Assembly (NCBI GenBank): GCA_964535715.1 | Contig: CAZHUO010000003.1 | Span: 256 to 64,255, forward strand | DNA length: 64,000 nt | Source of the DNA: an uncultured Gammaproteobacteria bacterium | Lineage (GTDB): Bacteria > Patescibacteriota > Patescibacteriia > Buchananbacterales > UBA6539 | Direction: 5' to 3' | In this document: in pieces, positions 27,888-37,013 of the stretch | Layout: the number at the start of each line of letters is the position of its first letter | Numbering within the stretch: the first letter of the stretch is position 1 | The notes under the pieces: generated by a model | Seen by the model: the letters and a program-made list of their open reading frames with translations, nothing else | The model's database searches: none | Told to the model about the DNA's origin: nothing | Translations under genes and position numbers: made by a program

Positions 27888-28655
27888 ATGAAAAAAACAA
27901 AACAAAAAATTAAAAGATGGGAATATATTAATCTCATTTTTGCCTTGTCTATTGAAGTAATATTGCTTTTTTTGATTTTAGTGATTCTTTTGGTGTCACT
28001 TTTGGGAGTCTTTTTGCCTATTTTGCCGGCATTTTTGCTTTTAGGAGTTGCTGCGGCAATATATTCTTTAATGATAAAAAGCGGTTATAATAGAATTAGT
28101 GGCAGATTTCACCCATATATTATTAGGTTTAGCGAAAAGATTCTTGATATAAAAATTGTGAAAATTTTTGTCGATTATTACAAAGTTTATAGTAAAAAAA
28201 ATAAGGCAAGAAAACAGGTTCAGGAAAATATTTTAAAATTCGGCTTGATTCTTTTGATTTTGAACATGTCTTTGGCCTTAATTTTTTGTTTTGGTTTTAT
28301 CTTTATTTCGACTTTAGCAGTTTTAATTAGTATCAGCGGACTATGGCTGATTTTTTTGCCGCCGTTATTTATCATCACTTTTTCCGCCTTAAGCGCCGTA
28401 CTTTGGTATCGTTTCGGACAAATTCTAGGAAGCATATTCAAGCAAAATAAAGTAATAAATTCGTTGCTTGCGGTATTAGTTTCTTTTTTGCCATTGATAC
28501 TTGTATTTATTATTTCAGCCCTTGTGATCGGTTTTTTAGGAATTGCAATAAATGATTTTTTTGCCATTTTGTTTTTGGGATTTTTATTGATGTCGGTTTT
28601 AGCTAGCAGTTTTGAGCTTCTTATTGTAAGTCTTGGAGCAATTACCGCTATATAA
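27888..28655 (+). CDS. Hypothetical polytopic membrane protein
   Basis: At least 6 predicted hydrophobic helices. Confidence 0.5.
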   Translation: MKKTKQKIKRWEYINLIFALSIEVILLFLILVILLVSLLGVFLPILPAFLLLGVAAAIYSLMIKSGYNRISGRFHPYIIRFSEKILDIKIVKIFVDYYKVYSKKNKARKQVQENILKFGLILLILNMSLALIFCFGFIFISTLAVLISISGLWLIFLPPLFIITFSALSAVLWYRFGQILGSIFKQNKVINSLLAVLVSFLPLILVFIISALVIGFLGIAINDFFAILFLGFLLMSVLASSFELLIVSLGAITAI

Positions 28656-28659
28656 TAAT

Positions 28660-29028
28660 ATGCTGATTTTGGAAGGCAGGGTAAAAACCGGCAGAAAAAT
28701 TGGGACAAATCTGGGTTTTTCGACAATAAACATATCAGTTCCCCACACCGTGAAAAAAAAGCAGTGGGGAATTTATTTTTCATTTGTCAAGATTGGCGAT
28801 AAATTTTATCCCGGAATAACGCATCTTGGACCGCCAAAAACTTTTAGCTTATCCAATGCAACATGTGAAACACACATATTGAATTTCAAAGGCAATTTGT
28901 ATAATAAGAAAGTAATTAAAAGGCTGATTTTTAAATTTAGAGACGTAGAAAAATTTCCCAATATTGTTAAATTAAAAAAACAGATAAAAAAAGACATCAA
29001 GTTAGCAAGGAAGTTTTTTGGAATATAA
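28660..29028 (+). CDS. Monofunctional riboflavin kinase (RibF C-terminal-domain-like)
   Basis: GRVKTGRKIGTNLGFSTINI, GIY, GITHLG, ETHILNF and LYNK riboflavin-kinase blocks. The start is taken at the internal ATG (MLILEGR). Confidence 0.65.
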   Translation: MLILEGRVKTGRKIGTNLGFSTINISVPHTVKKKQWGIYFSFVKIGDKFYPGITHLGPPKTFSLSNATCETHILNFKGNLYNKKVIKRLIFKFRDVEKFPNIVKLKKQIKKDIKLARKFFGI

Positions 29029-29095
29029 ACTAGTAAGCATAGAACACATAACATATAACATATAAAGCGAAAAATTTTTTTATGTCATATTTTAT

Positions 29096-30046
29096 ATGTT
29101 TAATGGTATTATCTTAGGTCCACTTTTTATAATTATTGCTGCCATTCTTTGGGGAGTTGACGGCATAGTTTTGCGTCCAGCTTTATTTGCTTTGCCGGTT
29201 CCGTTAGTTGTTTTTATTGAGCATTTTTTTGCTTTATTGGTAATGCTGCCATTTTTCTTTCGAGGAAGAAAAGAATTAAGAAATTTAAACAGATCGGACT
29301 GGGGCGCATTTTTTTTAGTCGCGATATTTGGCGGGGCGTTGGGAACAATGTTTATTGTCAAAGCCCTTTTTTACGTTAATTTTGTCAATCTTTCGATAGT
29401 TGTTTTGATTCAGAAGCTTCAGCCGGTTTTTGCCCTAGTATTAGCCGCAGTTATTTTGAAAGAGAAATTGCCTAAAAAATTCTTTTTTTGGGCAGCAGTT
29501 GCAATTATTGCCGCTTATTTTGTGACATTTGAAAATTTTGTGCCAAATTTTTCAACCGGCAACAAGACTATTCTTGCCGCCTTATTTGCGTTAGGTGCGG
29601 CTTTTGCTTTCGGATCTTCAACTGTTTTTTCCAAGCGCGCCTTACAAAAAGTCAGTTTTCAAATGGGGACATATCTTCGGTTTGGGCTGACTTCGGCTTT
29701 AATGTTCTTTATTGCTTTGGCTTTTGGTAGCTTTGGTGCCGCATCGCAGATTACCTCAAGGCAGTTTTTAATTTTTGTTTTAATTGTTTTTTCGTCAGGT
29801 GGAGCGGCCATGTTTTTGTATTACTTCGGCTTAAAGCGGGTGAGTGCTTCGGTTTCCACGATTTGCGAGCTGGCTTTTCCATTGTCGGCAATTCTTTTAG
29901 AATTTATTATACACGGTCGCATGCTTTCTTGGTCGCAGTGGCTTGGCGCGCTAGTGTTATTTTTGGCGATATATAAGGTTTCTGTGCAATCGTCAGGGAC
30001 TAATCTAATGATTAATAAGAATCAAAAAGCAAGTATTAGAAATTAA
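29096..30046 (+). CDS. EamA/DMT-superfamily transporter
   Basis: 10-TM protein with two EamA-like halves. Confidence 0.6.
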   Translation: MFNGIILGPLFIIIAAILWGVDGIVLRPALFALPVPLVVFIEHFFALLVMLPFFFRGRKELRNLNRSDWGAFFLVAIFGGALGTMFIVKALFYVNFVNLSIVVLIQKLQPVFALVLAAVILKEKLPKKFFFWAAVAIIAAYFVTFENFVPNFSTGNKTILAALFALGAAFAFGSSTVFSKRALQKVSFQMGTYLRFGLTSALMFFIALAFGSFGAASQITSRQFLIFVLIVFSSGGAAMFLYYFGLKRVSASVSTICELAFPLSAILLEFIIHGRMLSWSQWLGALVLFLAIYKVSVQSSGTNLMINKNQKASIRN

Positions 30047-30388
30047 GTTTGTTTAAAAAATGACTATTTAGATTAGAACTTTGTCCAAAATTGCTATTAG
30101 AGTATCAATGACGCTTACAAGTCATTTTTTTAAATTAGGCATTTGGTTATTATTTTAAAAATATGTTATAATATAATAAAGATTTTATTTTAAAATAGGG
30201 GAATTTTTAGCAATAGCTGACTCTCAAAAAATAATTATAAATTGGCTAGAGCATTGATTTAGAGCGGTATAGTAGACAGTTTTTAATTTCGATTCAATAT
30301 TTAATAACTTAATTTTTTAAGTGTTTCAAAATTCTGATTTAAACATTCATTTAAAATTCGAATTTTTGTATATTTTTTAATTTTTCTA

Positions 30389-30437
30389 AATTATAATGGA
30401 AAATCCGAATAAAAAAATATTGATTATTGAAGATGAC
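30389..30437 (+). repeat. Duplicated 5' fragment of the 30586 receiver gene (promoter-proximal plus first ~14 codons)
   Basis: aattatAATGGAAAATCCGAATAAAAAAATATTGATTATTGAAGATGAC is ~98% identical to 30582-30630, with one mismatch (ataATG vs atgATG). The G-to-A change in the upstream copy creates a TATAAT. Confidence 0.7.
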
Positions 30438-30585
30438 CACGCCCCAATTCCGCGATAATGTTTATTTAAAATCAATTTAAAAAGCGCGCGAATCCCGCCT
30501 TTCGGCTTGTAAAGTTATTGAGTCAAGTTTGAAGATTGAATTGAGGCGGGGCGAGACGTGTATATTTACTAATTTGTAACGAATT

Positions 30586-30969
30586 ATGATGGAAAATCCG
30601 AATAAAAAAATATTGATTATTGAAGATGACAATTTTTTAGCCAAAATGTTAAGCAGAATGATTACGGATTCTGGATATGAAGTTATTTTATCTTCATCCG
30701 GGCAGGAGGGTGTAAATAAAGCCGAAAGCAATAATGATATAGATTTAATTATATTGGATATTATGCTTCCGGATATTGATGGTTTTGAAGTATTAGAAAA
30801 AATCAAATCAAGCCAAAAAACGAAAAAAATACCGGTAGTAATAATGTCTAACCTTGGACAGCCCGAGGATGTTAAGCGGGGCAAGAATCTAGGGGCTATT
30901 GATCATTTGGTAAAAAGCGATTTCAGCCTTGACGAAGTTGCAAAGAAAATAAAAGGTTTTTTAGCATAG
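30586..30969 (+). CDS. Stand-alone response regulator receiver (PilH/CheY-like) heading the pilus locus
   Basis: ILIIEDD...LIILDIMLPDIDG...PVVIMSNLG receiver motifs. Confidence 0.8.
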   Translation: MMENPNKKILIIEDDNFLAKMLSRMITDSGYEVILSSSGQEGVNKAESNNDIDLIILDIMLPDIDGFEVLEKIKSSQKTKKIPVVIMSNLGQPEDVKRGKNLGAIDHLVKSDFSLDEVAKKIKGFLA

Positions 30970-30996
30970 CTTAAAAAAATTAATCGAATTTGAATT

Positions 30997-32682
30997 ATGG
31001 AAATTAGCAATGAAAAATTGAAAAACTTAATTGCTGATTTGGACTTGATTCCGAAAGAAAGGCTCGAAAGTTCGTTTAAATTCGCCCAAGATCATAAAAA
31101 ATCCTTGGCCAGCGTTTTGGTTGAAGGCGATTTAATTTCCGATGACCATATTGGTCAGATTATTGCCGATGAAATGGGTTATCCATTCATTGATTTGGAC
31201 AAAGTGACAATCGAAGAAAAAACTCTTCAGCTGATTCCGAAAGTTATGGCTGAAAAACAGGGCGTAATTGCTTTTGAACAGAATGAAAATGGGGTAAAGC
31301 TGGCACTGGTTAATCCGGGAAATTTCCAGCTTATTAACTTAATTGAAAAAAAAACCGGGCAGACCGTTATTCCTTATTATACGACATCGGAGAATATTAA
31401 AATTTCCTTATCACGCTATCAAAAAGGAATACAGAATGAATTTGCCGGGATAATCGAGGAAAATATAAGTGAAGCTAAAAAAAGTTTAAAACCGGAGGAT
31501 TTGCCGATAATTAAAATTGTCGAAACGATTATTCAGTATGCCTATGAAAATGGGGCTTCAGACATTCACATTGAGCCGCAGGAAGAAAAAACTTTGGTTC
31601 GTTTCAGGATAGACGGAATTCTGCATGATATTATTGATTTGCCTAAAAATGTTCATGATCTGATAATTACCAGGCTGAAAATTCTTTCAAAATTGAGGAC
31701 TGATGAGCATCGAAGCGCCCAAGACGGAAAAATCAGGGTAAAATTTGGCAGCGACAAGCTTGACATTAGAGTTTCGATTATTCCGATTATTGAGGGTGAA
31801 AAAACCGTTTTGCGGCTGCTTTCGGAAAGAAATCGCCAATTCAGCCTTGAAGACTTGGGATTTTCCAGTGAAGACCTGGTTAAATTGAAAAAAGAAATAT
31901 CTAAGCCTTATGGCATGATTTTATCAACCGGTCCGACCGGCTCGGGAAAAACTACTAGCCTTTATGCAATCTTGAAGATTTTAAATCGCCGCGAGGTTAA
32001 TATTTCAACAATTGAAGATCCGGTTGAATATGATATGGAAGGAGTCAATCAAATTCAGGTGAATCCAAAAACAAATTTGACCTTTGCCGCCGGCCTTCGC
32101 TCGATATTGCGCCAGGATCCCAATATCATCATGGTTGGTGAAATTCGCGACCAGGAAACTGCCGATATAGCAATCAACGCGGCAATGACCGGACATTTGG
32201 TGCTTTCCACTCTTCATACAAATGATGCGCCGACAGCCTTGCCGAGATTTTTAAAAATGGGAATCGAGCCTTTTTTAGTTGCCTCAACAGTGAATATTAT
32301 AATTGCCCAAAGGCTTATTAGAAAGAATTGTAGTAGCTGTGTTGTCAGCAATGAAACTACCGTTTCACAGCTTAAAGATAAATTTTCAGCGGAACTGATT
32401 GAAAAATATTTTGGTAAAGATGGTAATAAAAAAATAAGACTTTATCACGGGAAAGGCTGCAAGCTTTGCGCCAATACCGGTTATTCCGGACGCTTGGGCG
32501 TTTTTGAGGTTTTGGCCGTTTCGGAAAAGATTAGGGAAATGATAATGCGTCGTTCTGACGCCGATGAAATAAGAAATCAGTCAGTAAAGGAGGGTATGAC
32601 AACAATGATTGAAGACGGAATCAAAAAGGCTCTTTCCGGCCTGACAACTGTCGAAGAAGTATTAAGGGCAACAAGGGAATAA
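30997..32682 (+). CDS. pilB: Type IV pilus assembly ATPase PilB / GspE family
   Basis: T2SSE N-domain, Walker A GPTGSGKTTSLYA, Asp/His boxes and a C-terminal tetracysteine (CSSC...CKLC). Confidence 0.9.
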   Translation: MEISNEKLKNLIADLDLIPKERLESSFKFAQDHKKSLASVLVEGDLISDDHIGQIIADEMGYPFIDLDKVTIEEKTLQLIPKVMAEKQGVIAFEQNENGVKLALVNPGNFQLINLIEKKTGQTVIPYYTTSENIKISLSRYQKGIQNEFAGIIEENISEAKKSLKPEDLPIIKIVETIIQYAYENGASDIHIEPQEEKTLVRFRIDGILHDIIDLPKNVHDLIITRLKILSKLRTDEHRSAQDGKIRVKFGSDKLDIRVSIIPIIEGEKTVLRLLSERNRQFSLEDLGFSSEDLVKLKKEISKPYGMILSTGPTGSGKTTSLYAILKILNRREVNISTIEDPVEYDMEGVNQIQVNPKTNLTFAAGLRSILRQDPNIIMVGEIRDQETADIAINAAMTGHLVLSTLHTNDAPTALPRFLKMGIEPFLVASTVNIIIAQRLIRKNCSSCVVSNETTVSQLKDKFSAELIEKYFGKDGNKKIRLYHGKGCKLCANTGYSGRLGVFEVLAVSEKIREMIMRRSDADEIRNQSVKEGMTTMIEDGIKKALSGLTTVEEVLRATRE

Positions 32683-32700
32683 AAGTTAACTTTTATAATT

Positions 32701-33927
32701 ATGAAATTTAAATACATTGCTTTCGACAAAAATAATCAGACCGAAAAAGGCATTATTGAAGCAAGGGACTTGAGGGAAGCCACAAAGCTTTTGATTGACC
32801 AGGGTTGGTTTATAAAAAAAATTTCCCCGCGCGGTAAGTTAAAATCCGGCTTTATGGAATTTAGTTTTGGCAGCGTTCCTTTGGTGGAGAAAGTTTTATT
32901 TGCAAAACACCTAGGAGTCATGCTTAAATCGGGCATCAATTTAAATGAGGCGTTGGAAGTTATTGTTCAGCAGGCGCCGTCAAAAAAATTCGGGAAAATT
33001 ATTAATAATGTTTTAGAAAGCGTTAAAAAAGGCCAGAGCCTAGGCAGTGCAATTGCTAAATATCCGAAAGTATTTGATCCGCTATTTGTAAATATCATCA
33101 AGGTTGCCGAAGAAAGCGGAACCTTGCAAGAGAATTTGGAATATTTGACCAATGAAATGGAGGAACGCTTGGAGCTTAAAAAAAATATCAGAAATGCCTC
33201 TTTTTATCCGGCAATTGTTCTAACTTCCACTTTTGGACTTGGTTTTATCCTATCTTATTTTGTTTTGCCAAAAATTACCGCTCTTTTTAAAAGTTTAAGT
33301 TTTGAGCTGCCATTATCGACCAAATTTTTGCTTTTTGTCGCTGAAATGATGGATAAACATGGTCTTGTCATTTTTACTGTTATTATTTTGTCTATAATTT
33401 TTCTGCGGATTTTGACTAAACAGAAATTTTTTAAAAAACCCTGGCATTGGTTTTTAATTAAAATGCCGATACTGGGCAACATTATTATAAATTATAATCT
33501 GGTTTTAGTTACCAGAACTCTGGCGATTTTGCTTAAAAGCGGCCTGACAATCGATAGGGGAATTGAGATTGCAATCCAGACAACATCTAATGTAATCTAT
33601 AAAAATAGGCTTAAGCAAATTTTACCTCAAATTCAAAAAGGAAAAAAATTGTCCGATTCAATCAGTGGTTTTAAGCAGTCGAAAAGAAAGCCGTTGTTTC
33701 CAATGTTAGCAATAAAAATGATTGGCGTTGGCGAACGGTCGGGGAGGCTTGATGAATCTTTGAGCTATCTTTCCGAATATTTTGGCAAAGAAGTCGATAA
33801 TACGACAAAAAATTTGACAACCGTTTTGGAACCGCTGCTATTGATTTTTGTTGGTTTAGTGGTTGGCTTTATTGCGATTTCGGTTATTTCGCCTATTTAC
33901 CAAATCACGGGTCAATTTAGAAAATAG
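32701..33927 (+). CDS. pilC: Type IV pilus inner-membrane platform protein PilC / GspF family
   Basis: Two T2SSF repeats with the characteristic TM pattern. Confidence 0.85.
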   Translation: MKFKYIAFDKNNQTEKGIIEARDLREATKLLIDQGWFIKKISPRGKLKSGFMEFSFGSVPLVEKVLFAKHLGVMLKSGINLNEALEVIVQQAPSKKFGKIINNVLESVKKGQSLGSAIAKYPKVFDPLFVNIIKVAEESGTLQENLEYLTNEMEERLELKKNIRNASFYPAIVLTSTFGLGFILSYFVLPKITALFKSLSFELPLSTKFLLFVAEMMDKHGLVIFTVIILSIIFLRILTKQKFFKKPWHWFLIKMPILGNIIINYNLVLVTRTLAILLKSGLTIDRGIEIAIQTTSNVIYKNRLKQILPQIQKGKKLSDSISGFKQSKRKPLFPMLAIKMIGVGERSGRLDESLSYLSEYFGKEVDNTTKNLTTVLEPLLLIFVGLVVGFIAISVISPIYQITGQFRK

Positions 33928-34017
33928 GATTTGTAAAAAAATTTTAAAATTAATGCTGTTTAAAAGATTTAGTTTCTTATTTTTTTAATTTTTTAATTAT
34001 AGCTATTCTTCTGCAAC

Positions 34018-34461
34018 ATGAGAGGTTTTACTTTAATTGAATTAATATTGGTTATTGCAATTATCTCCATAGTTGCGACTTTAAGTGTTCCATTTATCCA
34101 AATTTTTCAAACTTCATCTGATTTTTATACTCACGTTGATACAATTACTAAAACATTGCGTAAAGCCCGCCATTTAGCCGTAACCGGAAAGAACGGATCT
34201 GATTGGGGGGTTTATTTTGATAATATTGAAAAAAAAATAATTCTATTCAAGGGAAATAATTTTGCCGTCCGCGATACGAATTATGATTTGGAGGAAAAAT
34301 ACGCCGACATATTCAGTGTCAACGCCGATTTTGGCAATGAAATCTATTTTGCTTTATATTCCGGCCTGCCCTCCGCTTACGGTACTGTCACCGCATCTAC
34401 CATAGTTAATAATGATATCAAATATATAAACATACAAAGTTTTGGTTTGATAAATAAATAA
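34018..34461 (+). CDS. Prepilin-type (pseudopilin / minor pilin) protein
   Basis: N-terminal G-FTLIELILVIAIISIV class III signal with Glu+5. Confidence 0.8.
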   Translation: MRGFTLIELILVIAIISIVATLSVPFIQIFQTSSDFYTHVDTITKTLRKARHLAVTGKNGSDWGVYFDNIEKKIILFKGNNFAVRDTNYDLEEKYADIFSVNADFGNEIYFALYSGLPSAYGTVTASTIVNNDIKYINIQSFGLINK

Positions 34462-37013
34462 TGCATTCATTTAATAAATTTAAAAACCAAATAGGTTTAA
34501 GCTTGGTTGAAATTATTTTAGCCATAGCATTGTTTGGGCTTGTTTCAGTTCCGCTTATTTTAATACTTATTAATTCATATGGCAGCAATCTTCAAGCTGA
34601 AGAAAGAGAAATTGCTGTTTTATATGCACAGCAGGGAATTGAAGCGGTAAAATCAATCCGCAGGCAGGCCTGGAATTTATTAGATAATGGCAATTATGGC
34701 TTGACCAATGTTAACGGTTACTGGCAGTTTTTGGGCAGTTCTGATTTATTGGAAAATAAATATACCCGGACTATTACAATTTCTGATGCTTGTCGTGACA
34801 GCGGAAATAATTTGGTTGACTGTCCTAATGTTTTAGTTGATTTTCATGCAAAAAAAATTATATCTTCAGTTGATTACAATTCTATCAATGGTTTTAATAA
34901 TGTTGTTAATTTGGTCAGTTACGTCACTATCTGGCAATCAAAAGACTGGGTGCAAACCGACTGGTCGGGCGCTTTGGGCCAAACTCAATGGTTTGACCAG
35001 TCAAAATATTTTAGTGATGACGGTAATATAGATTATTCCACTAGCGGAGAAATCAAATTAAAAAGCCTAGAAGGCGGCGGAGGCTGCGGCGTCAAGATTT
35101 GGATTTTTGATAACTCTGCCGATTACACTTATGACCCTAATAAAATTGAGGTTACTGGCGGTTTTGCCCAGCTTAAAGGTACGTCTTTTTGCTCTGGAAC
35201 GCCGACTTCGTGCGGCAATCTTGCCAGTCAGATTTCCTGCCAAGCTCAAGCTGGCTGCAGCTGGGATCAACCACCAGGCAATTGTCAAAATAATGGCAGT
35301 TGTACAGCTGTATCCCGCAATGAATGCAATACTTGCAATTTAGCCGGCTGTTCCCGCAGCGGCAACAAATGTACTGGTACCTTAAACTGCTCAGCTTATA
35401 CCAGCCAAGCTGCTTGCGGCACCTGTAATCAGTGTTTATGGAGCCAGCAGCCTGGTTCTTGCTTGGGCACGCCGACTCCTTGCGGTAATTTAACTGACCA
35501 AACTTCTTGTCAAACTCAAACTGGTTGCAGCTGGACTGGCAATTATCCGGCCGACCAACCAGATATTTATCCGGTTGCCTCTTTTAGCGTTCCACAAATT
35601 GATGCCTGGACTTCTTTTACTGAAGTGGCGACCAAAAACGGAGGAGAAATTTATTACCAGCTTTCCGATGGTACGACCTGGTATTGGTATGATGGCAGTA
35701 ATTGGGCGCCGGCTAATACTGACCCCGGTACGACGGATTATAATTTAGCCAGCGTGATTAGCACTAATATTAACAGTTTCCCAGTTAGTAGCCAGGAAAT
35801 AAAATTTAAAGCATTTTTTCAAAGTGATGGTTTGCAGCAAGTTCAGTTAGATGAAGTAAAAATTAGCTGCTCGCAATATTATGATTGGCCTTTTACAGCA
35901 AATGCCGATTACACCTATGACCCTAATAAAATTGAGGTTACTGGCGGTTTTGCCCAGCTTAAAGGTACGGCTTTTTGTTCTGGTACTCCAAATCCTTGCA
36001 GTAATTTTACCAGTCAAACTTCCTGCCAAACTCAAGCTGGCTGCAGCTGGGATCAACCACCAGGCAATTGTCAAAATAATGGCAGTTGTACAGCTGTATC
36101 CCGCAATGAATGCAATACTTGCAATTTAGCCGGCTGTTCCCGCAGCGGCAACAAATGTACTGGTACCTTAAACTGCTCAGCTTATACCAGCCAAGCTGCT
36201 TGCGGCACCTGTAATCAGTGTTTATGGAGCCAGCAGCCTGGTTCTTGCTTGGGCACGCCGACTCCTTGCGGTAATTTAACTGACCAAACTTCTTGTCAAA
36301 CTCAAACTGGTTGCAGCTGGACTGGCAATTATCCGGCCGACCAACCAGATATTTATCCGGTTGCCTCTTTTAGCGTTCCACAAATTGATGCCTGGACTTC
36401 TTTTACTGAAGTGGCGACCAAAAACGGCGGTGAAATTTATTACCAGCTTTCCGATAATGAAGGATCAAGCTGGAAATTTACCAATGGCATTGTTTGGCTG
36501 CCGGTAACAGGGTCGACCGACTATAATACAGCAAGTGAAATTAATTCCAGTATTCTAGCTTTTCCGACAACAACGGCGAAAATTATGTTTAAAGCATTCC
36601 TTTCTTCAGATGGCAGCCAGCAGGTTCAGCTAGATAACGTGACTATCGGCTTTGGCGAAGCGGTTGGCATAAGCGGCTATACAACCGCCGGCTGGCTTGA
36701 ATCATCGGCTTTTAACACCGGCTGGTTTAGCTCTTTTAATTTTTTGTCCTGGACGGAGACTATTCCTTCAGCCGCCTATGATATTCAAATACAAATCTCA
36801 ACTGCCCCAGACAACGCCGGCGTGCCCGGAATTTGGTCAGATTGGCTTGGACCAAGCGGGTCTGGCAGCTTTTATTTAAGCGGCGATGAAATTATAATTC
36901 CTATATTTAATAACCACAACGACAGCCAATGGGTGAAATATAAAATTTTTATGAGTGGTGACGGCATTGATACTCCAATTTTGCAAGACATAAAAATTAA
37001 TTATACACCATGA
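34461..37013 (+). CDS. Giant pilin-like protein. It has a prepilin-type N-terminal helix followed by two near-identical 262-aa Cys-rich repeats and a C-terminal beta-rich region.
   Basis: N-terminal GLSLVEIILAIALFGL with Glu+5. Repeat unit CSGTP..CGN...CQ.Q.GCSWDQPPGNCQNNGSCTAVSRNECNTCNLAGCSRSGNKCTGTLNCSAYTSQAACGTCNQCLW... occurs twice. Confidence 0.7.
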   Translation: MHSFNKFKNQIGLSLVEIILAIALFGLVSVPLILILINSYGSNLQAEEREIAVLYAQQGIEAVKSIRRQAWNLLDNGNYGLTNVNGYWQFLGSSDLLENKYTRTITISDACRDSGNNLVDCPNVLVDFHAKKIISSVDYNSINGFNNVVNLVSYVTIWQSKDWVQTDWSGALGQTQWFDQSKYFSDDGNIDYSTSGEIKLKSLEGGGGCGVKIWIFDNSADYTYDPNKIEVTGGFAQLKGTSFCSGTPTSCGNLASQISCQAQAGCSWDQPPGNCQNNGSCTAVSRNECNTCNLAGCSRSGNKCTGTLNCSAYTSQAACGTCNQCLWSQQPGSCLGTPTPCGNLTDQTSCQTQTGCSWTGNYPADQPDIYPVASFSVPQIDAWTSFTEVATKNGGEIYYQLSDGTTWYWYDGSNWAPANTDPGTTDYNLASVISTNINSFPVSSQEIKFKAFFQSDGLQQVQLDEVKISCSQYYDWPFTANADYTYDPNKIEVTGGFAQLKGTAFCSGTPNPCSNFTSQTSCQTQAGCSWDQPPGNCQNNGSCTAVSRNECNTCNLAGCSRSGNKCTGTLNCSAYTSQAACGTCNQCLWSQQPGSCLGTPTPCGNLTDQTSCQTQTGCSWTGNYPADQPDIYPVASFSVPQIDAWTSFTEVATKNGGEIYYQLSDNEGSSWKFTNGIVWLPVTGSTDYNTASEINSSILAFPTTTAKIMFKAFLSSDGSQQVQLDNVTIGFGEAVGISGYTTAGWLESSAFNTGWFSSFNFLSWTETIPSAAYDIQIQISTAPDNAGVPGIWSDWLGPSGSGSFYLSGDEIIIPIFNNHNDSQWVKYKIFMSGDGIDTPILQDIKINYTP
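35121..35669 (+). repeat. Intragenic tandem repeat, copy 1 (period 786 bp)
   Basis: 35243-35669 is identical to 36029-36455 apart from 2 nt. Confidence 0.85.
35907..36455 (+). repeat. Intragenic tandem repeat, copy 2
   Basis: See copy 1. Confidence 0.85.

Noticed and set aside
28220-28783. 187-aa minus-strand ORF
   Set aside because: It is the Lys-rich antisense shadow of an AT-rich, Phe/Leu/Ile-rich membrane-protein gene on the plus strand (27888-28655). The plus-strand frame has the coherent TM pattern and operon context.
35100-36700. The tandem nucleotide repeat could be a CRISPR array or a diversity-generating retroelement TR/VR pair.
   Set aside because: There are only two copies and a 786-bp period inside one ORF. 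The copies are essentially identical, not adenine-mutagenised, and no reverse transcriptase or cas genes are present. It is a protein-coding internal duplication.
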